Source: Squalus acanthias (lineage: Eukaryota). Taken from it: a stretch of DNA of 64,000 nt. Positions 52,323 through 62,555 of this stretch are shown here, one piece after another; position 1 is the stretch's first letter; each line of letters starts with the position of its first letter. The notes under the pieces were generated by a model. That model was not told the origin of the DNA. It did no database searches and saw only the letters and a list, made by a program, of their open reading frames with translations. The translations under genes were made by a program, and so were the position numbers. Where the stretch lies: the NCBI GenBank assembly GCA_030390025.1, contig JASTWF010000362.1, forward strand, positions 1 to 64,000, read 5' to 3'.

Positions 52323-52739
52323 TATCTGAAACTGGCCGGATAATGACGAGCAGGCGGCTGGGAAAGGCAGTAGAGGGAATGCAGAGCTGGGCTGGGCTCT
52401 TGCTGGCCAAGTTCTGATGCATTTGCTAATGGGATCTGTTTGTTTCCTTTGTCAATCAAGATGTTTTGATTTTCCATTTATTTACTTGATTTACATAATG
52501 GATTAAGTTTTGACAGCACCTGATTTAAAAGCTTGCCTTTACCATTTTGATTTTATGAGGGTTGCATAAAATTAATTTATTCCTCGGATCATTCCGCATG
52601 AAAATGTCAGCAAGATTGAAAGTTTAGGATGCAGTATGTGTTTGCGTGGGAGGTGGGGGCACTGCGATTTTTGCGAACAAGGCTGGGGTTTGGGGTTTGG
52701 GTGGAATGGTTAGGAGCGGTGTTGGGGTCTATTTATTTT

Positions 52740-53146
52740 TTTAATTCATTCTTGGGGATGTGGGCATCGCTGAAAAGGCCGGCATTTATTGCCCATATGA
52801 GATGAGCCACCTTCTTGACAACTGAGTGGCTTGCTGGGCCATTTCAGAGGGCAGTTAAGAGTCAACCACATTGCTGTGGGTCTGGAGTCACACATCGGCC
52901 AGACCGGGTAAGGACGGTAGATTTCCTTCCCTAAAGGGCATTAGTGAACCAGATGGGTTTTTACGACCATCCGCTAGTTTCATGGTCACCATTACTGATA
53001 CTAGCTTTTTATTCCCGATTTATTTAATTGAATTTAAATTCTCCAGCTGCCATGGTGAGATTTGAACTCACGTCTCCGGCTCATTAGTTTAGTCCAGGCC
53101 TCTGGATTACTGGTCCGTAGTACTAGTAACATAACCACTATGCTAC
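52740..53146 (-). mobile_element. Third tRNA-derived SINE family, with a tail matching LINE family B
   Basis: Minus-strand head tagcatagtgg...gagttcaaatc. The tail ttcattcttggggatgtgggcatcgctg..aggccggcatttattgccca matches 895-945 and 6432-6480. Confidence 0.75.
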
Positions 53147-53574
53147 CATAGAAACATAGAATCTAGGAGCAGGAGTAGGCCATTCGGCCCGTCGAGCCTG
53201 CTCCACCATTCAATACGATCATGGCTGATCATCCAAATCCAATACCCTGTCCCTGCTTTAATCCCCACAGTACACATATCCCACCCTACCCCCGTAACCC
53301 CACGTATTTAATTCCCCCTAACATATCCCATCCTATCCCCATAACCCCACATATTTAATCCCCCCCTAACACTAAGGGTCAATTTATCATAGCCAAATCA
53401 ACCTAACCCGCACATTTTTGGACTGTGGGAGGAAACCGGAGCACCCGGAGGAAACCCACGCAGACACGGGGAGAATGTGCAAACTCCACACAGACAGTCA
53501 CCCGAGGTCAGATTCGAACCCAGGTCCCTGGCGCTGTGAGACACCAGTGCTAACCACTATGCCACCGTGTTGCT
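53147..53574 (-). mobile_element. HE1-like V-SINE, near-identical to 30423-30851
   Basis: Reverse-complement match along the whole length; compare ORFs 30332..30580 and 53418..53612. Confidence 0.88.
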
Positions 53575-54009
53575 GGTGTAATGGGGAGGGGTGGAATGGT
53601 TCGGAGCAGTGATCTTGGATTGCTGCTATACTGTGTGTGTCCCTTTTGGCAGCTTATTCTACGCTCGGAGAGGTGGATAGGGAAGGATTGATGGAATGGA
53701 GGCGACACAACAACAGAAGGTTCTCCTGCAACGGGAATGAGATCGATGGAGTTTGTGTCTGTTTGTCCACCCGCCCCCCCCACCCCCCCGGCCCGCTTGT
53801 GGTGTTTTTTTTGTTTTTCCATCTATCTGTGGGTATCACTGGTCACAGTTGCTGCACAGTGAGTAAAATTCATTGAGTCCGGTGCCTTGCAATGAAAATG
53901 CCTCCAGACGGCTGCATGAGGAAGTAGATCACTGTCTGAAATGGGGGAACGTTGGGAAGCCACCATGTAACCGGCTGCAGGAAAGTTTGAAACTGTGAAG
54001 AGGGGTGAA

Positions 54010-54440
54010 TTACATCAAATTTACAGCACAGAAACAGGCCATTCGGCCCAACTGCTCCGTGCCGGTGTTTATGCTCCACACGAGCCTCCTCCCACCCCTC
54101 TTCATCTCACCCCATCAGCATAAGCTTCTATTCCTTCCTCCTTCATGTGTTTATCCAGCTTCCCCTTAAATGTATCTCTGCTATTCTCCTCAACCACTCC
54201 CTGTGGTAGCGAGTTCCACATTCTCACCACTCTCTGGGTAAAGAAGTTTCTCCTGAATTCCCGATTAGATTTATTAGTGACTATCTTATATTGATGGCCC
54301 CTAGTTCTGGTCTCCCCCACAAGTGGAAACATCTTCTCTATGTCTACCCTATCAAACCTTTCATCATTTTAAAGACCTCTATCAGGTCACCCCTCAACCT
54401 TCTCTTTTCTAGAGAAAAGAGCCCCAGCCTGTTCGGTCTT
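54010..54440 (-). mobile_element. CR1 LINE 3' fragment
   Basis: ORF 54102..54332 MFPLVGETRTRGHQYK... Confidence 0.9.
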
Positions 54441-54716
54441 TCAGAAGCACAAGTCACCTAAATATTAAAAACTTGGACATTAAAAACAAATGGGATTTTG
54501 AAGATCATGCGCAATTTGAAACTGAGGTTAAAATTGCGCCCCCCCCCCCTTCTCATCCTCGCTGTCTCACCCTCCCCCTCCTCCCTTCTCGTCAGCCCCA
54601 AGGTGTAGACCGTACATCGTACTGTTCTCTACTAAGTACAGTTCTTTGACCAGTTGAGGCTGATTTGATGGGGTTTTCTACACCTAACACTCTGTCCAAT
54701 TGTTAACGGCCCTCAG

Positions 54717-54850
54717 GTAGCACTCTGATCAAGGTTGGTGAGGCACAGAGACGACTGGGAGCAGCCGATCGCGATTTCATCCAGTCCTCTATGATCAACT
54801 TCCTGACTCCACTCCGTAACTTCCTGGAAGGAGATTGGAAGACCATCTCG
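54717..54850 (+). CDS. SH3GLB2: Endophilin B2 coding exon (probable exon 4, 134 nt): (G)STLIKVGEAQRRLGAADRDFIQSSMINFLTPLRNFLEGDWKTIS
   Basis: Acceptor cctcag|GT, donor TCG|gtgagt. FLTPLRNFLEGDWKTIS is the B2-type motif and is partly visible in ORF 54791..55084. Confidence 0.96.
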
Positions 54851-55011
54851 GTGAGTTTTGGGCCAATTTTTTTTTTCTTCCATGTTCCCACCCCACGGCT
54901 GACCATCAGACAAGGGGCCTCCCTCCCAGGCCTCCCTTTGCCCCCTCTCCGAACTGCTTTAAGAGGCATATCGAAAATGTTCATCTCGTCCTTCGTTCTC
55001 TTCCCAATATA

Positions 55012-55264
55012 CAGTAAACTCTTGTTGAAACGGCACTTAATCATCCGGAATTCTTTAATAACCGGCAAAATAGATAACTGGTAATCTTGCCGAATCCATC
55101 CAGCACTCGTTTTTCCGAGTCCGAGTCTCCCGCGGTGGCCGAGTTAGTCCGTGGTTTTTATTTTTTTTGTGTTTTAAAAATTGCCTACCTCTCTGTTATC
55201 CGGAATTTTTCATCAACCGGCACCATCCCGGTCCCGTAGGTGCCGGATACGAAAGAGTTTACTG
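55012..55264. mobile_element. Tc1/mariner (Tigger/pogo-type) MITE, 253 bp
   Basis: TA|CAGTAAACTCTT ... AAGAGTTTACTG|TA: a perfect 12-bp terminal inverted repeat with TA target-site duplication. Confidence 0.85.
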
Positions 55265-55269
55265 TACAT

Positions 55270-56640
55270 TGGATAAGACTTAGATGGGGGAATAGCGAGT
55301 TGTATATCCAAGTTTGCTGATGGCACTAAGTAATGAGGCACAGTGGGTTGTGTGGATGGGAGGATAAGACAGACTAAGCGAGTGGGCAGAACTATGGCAG
55401 ATGGAGTTCAATGTGGGGGAAATGCGAGTTCATTCACTTTGGATCTGAGAAAGACCAATGGGAATATTTTCTTAATGGGGAGAGTCTAGGAGCTGCGGAG
55501 GTGCAAAGGGATTTAAGTACCCAGGTACACAAATCACAAAAACCTAAAAAAAAAACTAATCAAAAAGGCGAATGGAATGCTGGTCTTTATCTCAAAGGGA
55601 TTGGCATTCAGATGTGAGGAAGTGATGCTTCAGTTGTACACGGCCTTGGTCAGACCCCCATCTGGAGTTACTGCGTTCAGTTTTGGACACTTCAGGAACT
55701 ATAATAAAAACACACAATGCTGGAAACACTCAGCAGGTCAGGCAGCATCTACGGAGAGAGAAACAGAGTTGACGTTTCAGGTCGATGACCCTTCGTCAGA
55801 AGTGGAACTGGGGAGCTCTATGTTGGTCTTGGGGGGGGTACAGTGCAGATCAACCAGAACGATGCAAGGGTTTAAAAGGTTAAATTAACAGGACAGGTTG
55901 CGCAAACTTAGTTTAGGAGGTTGAGGGGTGATCTAATCGAGGTCGTTAAAATGATAAAAGGGATTTGCTGGGATAGATGAAGAGAAACTATTTTCTTTGG
56001 TGAGGTAATCCAGAACAAGAGGGCATAACCTTAAAATTAGAGCTAGGCCGTTCAGGAGTGAAATCGAGAAGCATTTTTTCACACAAAGGGTAATGGAAAT
56101 CTGGAACTCTTACACCAAAGGATAGGAAGGACCTATTTTCCTTAGCAGAGAGGTCAATAACCAGGGGGCATAGATTTAAAGTAATTGGTAGAAGGATTAG
56201 AGGGGAGTTGACCAGAACTTCTTTCACCCAGAGGGTGGTGGGGGTCTGGAACTCACTGCCTGAAAGGGTGGTAGAGGCAGAAACCCTCATCGCATTTAAA
56301 AAGTACTTGGATATGCGCTTGAAGTGCTGTAACCTACAGGGCTACAGACCAAGAGCTGGACAGTGGGATTAGGCTGGAGAGCACTTTGTCGGCCGGCACA
56401 GACACGATGGGCCGAATGGCCTCCTTCTATGCCGTAAATTTCTATGATTCTATGAAAGGCTGTGGATGCTGAGTCAGTTGAAATTTTCAAGAGTGGTATT
56501 GATAAATTTTTGTGGGCTAAGGGATATGGAGCAAAGGCGGGTAAATGGAGTTGAGGTACAGATCGGGCAGGATCTAATTGAATGGCGGAACAGGCTCAAG
56601 GGGCTGAATGGCCGCCTCCTGCTCCTATGTTCCTATGATC
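55270..56640 (+). mobile_element. Old CR1 fragment with nested insertions (PLE end ~55700-55801 on minus; second CR1 tail ~56115-56452)
   Basis: Degenerate KCEFIHFG and MLQLYTALVRP motifs, interrupted by unrelated repeat pieces. Confidence 0.75.
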
Positions 56641-57021
56641 TACCGGGTCAACTTTGGAGTGCTACTTGCTTTGAATTGTCTCGTCCGTGGAGCTCACGCC
56701 CTGATCTAACCGGCCCAAGATAAAGGATCAACAACAACTACTTGCATTTATATAGCGCCTTTTAACGTAATAAACATCCCAAGGCACTTCACGGGAACGT
56801 CTTAAAGGAGGAAAGAGAGGCGGAGAGGTTTAGGGAGGGAATTCCAGAGCTTGGGTCCTTGGCAGCTGAAGGCACGGCCGCCAATGGTGGAGCGATTAAA
56901 ATCAGTTATGAATGGATTCCTGGTCTCCTTGGGAATCGAGGGAGAGAGAGACAATTCTATTTGAATCCTCTCCTTTCACTCGAGGCCTTGTGGAACAGTT
57001 CCTCCTGGGAATCTGACTTGA

Positions 57022-57475
57022 GGTGTCGGCTGTGGCTCAGTGGCTAGCACTCTTGCCTCTGAGTTAGAAGGTTGTCTGTTCGAGCCCCGCTCCAGAGACT
57101 TGAGCTCATAATCTCAGCTGGCACTCCCAGTGCAGTACTGAGGGAGCGCTGCACTGTCTTTCGGATGAGACGTTAAACCGAGGCCCCGTCTGCTCTCTCA
57201 GGTGGACGTAAAAGATCCCATGGCATTATTTCGAAGAAGAGCTGGGGAATTCTCCCCGGTGTCCTGGGGCCAATATTTATCCCTCAACCAACATCACTAA
57301 AACAGATTATCTGGTCATTATCACATTTCTGTTTGTGGGAGCTTGCTGTGCGCAAATTGGCTGTCGCGTATCCTTACAGTGATTACACTTTCAAAAAAGT
57401 ACTTCATTGGCTGCGAAGCGCTTTGAGACGTCCTGAGGCCGTGAAAGGTGCTATAGAAATGCAAGTTCTTTCTTT
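57022..57475 (+). mobile_element. Near full-length DeuSINE
   Basis: Head tggctcagtgg...gttcgagccc, Deu-like body and L2-like tail. Confidence 0.85.
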
Positions 57476-57642
57476 ATCTGGGAGCCCATAAGGCAACAAG
57501 GTCAAGTTGTGGAAGCCTAGAAGCCGACATTAGTTCGGCAATCCGTCTGGCGAATGGCCGGAACGTGAAATGGATAAAGTCACACGGGTGCAGTAGAAGG
57601 GTGCTTTTTCTGTTTTGTGTTTTTTTTTCCCCTAATATATAG

Positions 57643-57735
57643 AAGGAGCGAAGACTTCTGGAGAACAGGCGTCTGGACTTGGATGCCGGCAAGGCCCGAT
57701 TAAAGAAAGCGAAGGCAGCTGAGGCAAAGGCAGCA
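57643..57735 (+). CDS. SH3GLB2: Endophilin B2 coding exon (probable exon 5, 93 nt): KERRLLENRRLDLDAGKARLKKAKAAEAKAA
   Basis: T-rich tract and tag|AAG acceptor, donor GCA|gtacgt. Phase 0/0. Contains the BAR helix-2 RRLDLDA motif. Confidence 0.96.
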
Positions 57736-58036
57736 GTACGTGACTCTCTATTCACCCCATCGCTAGGATTCATTAACTCTCCCGAGTCTCACGGCAACGC
57801 GTGCGCGCTTTTAAAAATCCGGCCACAAGCCTGGACCCTTGACCAGAGACTGCCGCTCCTCGCTCTTGCTGAATTGCTCAAACTCGGAGAGTTAATGCAT
57901 TTGCATGAATCTCTTTTTTTTATTTTTCTTTCTTCAATATTCAATAGCGTTTTGTCTTTAACTCAGTGTCGCGAGTATATTGTTCCCCATGGTTCTTACT
58001 GACCAATGTTTTTTTTTTCTGTTGTGTTCTGCGCAG

Positions 58037-58048
58037 TGTGAGGGAGAA
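58037..58048 (+). CDS. SH3GLB2: 12-nt microexon encoding CEGE, probably alternatively spliced
   Basis: Branch point TACTGAC at 57997-58003, T-rich tract, then ttctgcgcag|TGTGAGGGAGAA|gtgagt with a consensus donor. Frame-preserving. It matches the CEGD/CEGE insert recalled from vertebrate endophilin B2 isoforms at this position. Confidence 0.88.
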
Positions 58049-58466
58049 GTGAGTACTTGTTGGTTGAACTGCTGCTTTCTCTGATCTGGTTTTCCGTAAC
58101 ATTCTCTAGAAGGATATTTAAAAAAAAAAATTTGACTCATTCACTACCTGATATTCTGAAGCCAGTTGGACCGATGGGATCTTGGCAGGACCAGCCACTG
58201 CAACAGGAGGGACGGCCAAGCTGTGTGCTTGCTAGTGAATGAGTTACCCCCACCCCGCCCTGTGTGTTTCTGCTGTGTCGGTAACATTGAGGAGGGCGGG
58301 CTGGGGCTTTAGTGCAGTAGTCGGTGGAGATGTGCTGAGAACTGGGACTCATTTGATCGCTCTTGTTGCTGATCCTAATTTGGAATTGGAGGTTTTTTGC
58401 CCCACTTTTAATTTTTTTTTGCACCTTCAGGTGTGGCGATCTTTTTGTACCTGCAGCCAGGTGTTG

Positions 58467-59165
58467 CATAGAAACATAGAAAGATAGGAGCAGGAGTAGG
58501 CCATTCGGCCCCTCGGGCCTGTTCCGCCATTTAATGAGATCATGGCTGATCATCCAAATTCAGTACCCTGTCCCTGCTTTCTCCCCATATCCCTTGATCC
58601 CTTTAGCCTTAAGAAATATATCTAACTCCTTCTTGAATATATTTAATGAATTGGCCTCAACTGCCTTCTGTGGTAGAGAATTCCACAGGTTCACCACTCT
58701 CTGGGTGAAGAAATTCCTCCTCATCTCAGTCCTAAATGGCTTACCCCTTATCCTTAGACTGTGACCTCTGGTTCTGGACTCCCCTGCCATCGGGAACATC
58801 CTTCCTGCATCTAGTCTGTCTAGTCCTGTTAGAATTTTATAAGTTTCAATTAGATCCCCTCTCATTCGTCTAAACTCTAGTGAATATAAGCCTAATCGAC
58901 CCAATCTCTCTTCATACGTCATTCCTGCCATCCCTGGTATCAGTCTGGTGAATCTTCGCTGAACTCCCTCCATGGCAAGAACATCCTTCCTCAGATAAGG
59001 CGACCAAAACTGCACACAATACTCAAGGTGTGGTCTCACCAAGGCCCTGTACAACTGCAGCAAGACATCCTTGCTCCTGTACTCGAATCCTCTCGCTATG
59101 AAGGCCAACATACCATTTGCCGCCTTAACTGCCTGCTGCACCTGCATGCTTACCTTCAGCGACTG
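58467..59165 (-). mobile_element. CR1 LINE 3' fragment
   Basis: ORF 58560..59231 QSLKVSMQVQQAVKAANGML...FKKELDIFL. Confidence 0.93.
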
Positions 59166-60674
59166 GTGCGATCTGCCTCCATTGGCACCGGGGGTGGGGG
59201 AAGCTTTGCGATGGTTGTATTTGGTGGACAAGTCTCTTTGAACTTTGATACAATGTAAGTCCTGTCATTTCTGTGCCTAACCCCGTGTGTCGGTGTTCAC
59301 GATATAGAGTTGGAAAAAGAGCAATGTCCTACTGTTGTCGGCTATTTCCCTCCTTTTCATTCCTTTCAATTCTTTTCCTTTTTTTCCCCTCGTCTTTCTG
59401 TCTCGACCCCTGCCCCTAAGAAAATTCAGGAGACTCTTAACTGAGAACGTAACTGGGCGCCCATAAGGCAGGATGGTAGAAATCAGTCCAATGCCTCGAA
59501 AGGACTGTTGGCGATTGGAGTGGAACACCGTTTAATGTTCCTATGCTACGACCTTAGCGGAGACATTAGCATCTATAAAATAAACCAATAAATAGACGAC
59601 AGAGGAACGTGGTACGAAAGGGGTGGAACATTCGTCTGCTAATGTTGCCGACGGTCACGTCTAGACTCCCCCCCCCAAGTTTTGGTTCTTCTGCTCGTGT
59701 AGTTCATTTTGGGTCTTGCTAATCCTGCTCTCGTACTCCTTCCTCCCAAATCATTCCCAGCAATCTCTCTCCCTGCAAACCTGTTTTTTTTTTAGTATTT
59801 CTTTCACTGCCTGACAAAGAGCTACATCCCATTACAGGTTTGCTTCAGAATCGTACAGCACAGAAGGAGGCCATTCGGCCCACCATGCCTGTGCTGGCTC
59901 TTTGAAAGAGTTCTCCAATTAGTCCCGCTCTTTCCCTGCAGCCCTGCAATTTTCTCCCCTTCAAGTATTTATCCAGTTATCCAAGTGTTTATTTGTTTGG
60001 CACAAACAATGACAGAAACTGAGTGGAGATGTCAGTGCCTACAGGAGAGGAATGGAGACCGGAACCTGGCCGGGTTATGCTTATCGCCTGTCTCCTATAA
60101 CAGCCCATAATATGCTTCCCAGACACGATTGGGGCACAAAATAAAAGTGGCACCAAGTCTGTTTTTTTTGTTCATCACTGTCAGTCGCAGGGTGAAACTT
60201 AGACGGGGGCGATTTTAACCCTCCTCGCTCAGCAGAAACCTGGCGGGCGGGCAGTTAAAATCGCCCCTGGCTCTCACCTGTCCGAAAGCCGCCACGATCG
60301 CAACATCTGCAATTTTAAGCTGCTCTCCTGAGCACTTTCCACAGGCAACAAGGACGCTCGCCCGGAGCCAACAGGGTCCTTCTTCACATGTGCATGCTGC
60401 GGCCCGATGACATCATTGAGACCCGACTGTAATTTTAACTCAGGCCTGAGCGGGGAATCCGCCCTGGAGTTAAAATCGGGGCTGCATGGCAAAATTTCAG
60501 AATGACCTTTTTGGCTAGAACTAGTTTTTTTTTTGTTTAATCAAATGTCAAATTGTTTGAGACATTTCTATGGCCTCCATCAGGGTGAAACATTTAATTG
60601 CTGATTTGCCCGCCTATAATCCTCCCTTTCGAGCTTTACATGGGGAATTGGTAGAATAGATACCCCATTTCTTT

Positions 60675-60845
60675 AAATAAAGACTGAAAGTGCTGGAAAC
60701 ACTCGGGCAGCATCTGATGAAAGGTCGTCGAGCTGAAAGGTTAACTCTGTTTCTCTCTCCACACAGAGGCTGCCTGACCCAGAGTATTTCCCAACATTTT
60801 CTGTTTTTACTTCAGATATCCAGCATCTGCAGTGTTTTGCTTTTC
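60675..60845 (+). mobile_element. Penelope-like terminal fragment with a degenerate hammerhead motif
   Basis: ctgatgaaaggtcgtcgagctgaaaggttaactctgtttctc resembles 49204-49245. Confidence 0.7.
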
Positions 60846-62081
60846 TTACCCCACTTCTTCCTTCCTTTCCCCCTCTGAGCATTGTGCTACATCCTGTGAG
60901 GAGAGCCAGGGGTGTGGGCAGGTTCCACCATGGGCGAGAGGTCCCTCCCTCGTTTCCCCGCCCCCCCCCCCCCCCCCCCCCCCAACTTGGGTGTCGAGAA
61001 GCTGATTCTGAGCGAGAGGTTTTGAGAGTCGGGGCTCGGGATTTGAACTCTCGGCAGCTTTTGCACAGTTGCCAGCAACTCCATCTTTTTACCCTAATTT
61101 CCTATCCCCGCCCCCCCCCCTCAAAACTGGAAAGCTCCTGCAGTTCTAACCTGTTCTTTGCCTCACCCCTTCCCAGTGCTGCTTTTCCCAAATCACAGCG
61201 GCCGCCATTCTATTACATTGCTCAATTTTTAAAGGGGGTCTTGTTTTAGTGCAGTGCCAAAGCCCTTTGGTCTTAAATTCTGCTGTATTCCCCAATGGAG
61301 ACTCCAAATCCAACCAAAAGGCTCATATCTAACCAGTGGCTCTCCATTTCCTTATGTTCCACGATATATATATATATATATGTTGAAGAGTTTGGGATTG
61401 GTTTAAGTCCCACATGTCCAGTCATGGTGTAGGCAGCTGCCCCTTCGCTACAGGTGAAATGTATACCTTGCTCCCAGATATTTCCTAGTGTCCACCGCTA
61501 GTTTAACTAGCGGTTAGATTGATTTAACCGACTGACATTTGTTGGTTCAACGTGTTGGGCCGTCGACCCCACCCCACCACCTCCATGACCCCTGCATGGA
61601 ATCTTGGGGCGGTGTGGCTGGTAAAGTTGAAATTGAACATGCGGTGTGGAAGAAACCTGCAAACTCTAAAACTGACCTGGGGTACAATGCCTGTGAGGGA
61701 CGTAACATTTCCCACTCTGCAGCGGTATCTGTTTTTGCAGGAACTGCGTCCATTGCCTGGAGGTCTCAAATCCCACATTGACCCAGACTGGTTCAAAGGG
61801 GGGGGTTTGCTCCTCCTCGCTGCGTTGCCATTCTCTCAAACTGGGCACAATGTGGGCTTTGAGATCTCCTTGGGCACCATCCTTGCTTCAGTAGCACTTG
61901 CCTGCCTTCCAGCAATTGAGTCCAGTTCCCCCGCACATCTCCAGGCCTTTAATTTTTGGTTTGGAGCCAGAGCACTTTTTCAAGTTTGAAGCGACCTTCC
62001 TTTTAAGACATGTCCGCAGATGTTTTGTTTTTTATGCATGATTTTTTTTTTTTGTGTGTGAACTCTCTTCCCGCCTTGTAG

Positions 62082-62144
62082 GCGACACCTGATTTTCAGG
62101 AGACCAGGCCTCGCAATTATGTACTGTCGGCCAGTGCATCTGCG
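62082..62144 (+). CDS. SH3GLB2: Endophilin B2 coding exon (63 nt): ATPDFQETRPRNYVLSASASA
   Basis: Acceptor ccgccttgtag|GCG, donor GCG|gtaaga. PDFQETRPRNY is a B2-specific segment as recalled. Confidence 0.95.
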
Positions 62145-62289
62145 GTAAGACATCGGCAAAGCCTCAAAATTCAACATTTCCCATTTTGTTTTCTGCCTTT
62201 CTCCCCCCTACATTGTATGCTATAAGGATTGGTGACCCTTTTTAACTCGGCCTCCTAATGTACCAAATTTCAAAACTGCGACCTGGGTT

Positions 62290-62555
62290 TGGGTTGTCCA
62301 CTCTGGTTGGGCGTATTCCTGGTGGTTTCATCAGATGACCTCCCAACGACCCTGCTCAGTCAAACGGCCCTTTTTAGTCCCCATTTCCAATACCTCGAGG
62401 ACTATTAAACGAAAGAGCTCAAAGAAAATGGGGGCGGGGGGGGGGGAAGGAAACATTTCTATTAACGGCCCCCCTATGATTTTTCTCCCGGGTCTTGCCC
62501 GCAGCAGTGACCAGGAGATTAATCTTCGATTCCTGGAGACTCCGGGGCAGCCTCG
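62290..62555 (-). mobile_element. Internally shorter copy of the 16893-17245 element
   Basis: Reverse-complement similarity to both ends of 16893-17245. Confidence 0.55.

Noticed and set aside
54711..54722. Alternative acceptor cag|GTAG| at exon 4
   Set aside because: A 4-nt shift would break the frame, and nothing supports it beyond the motif.
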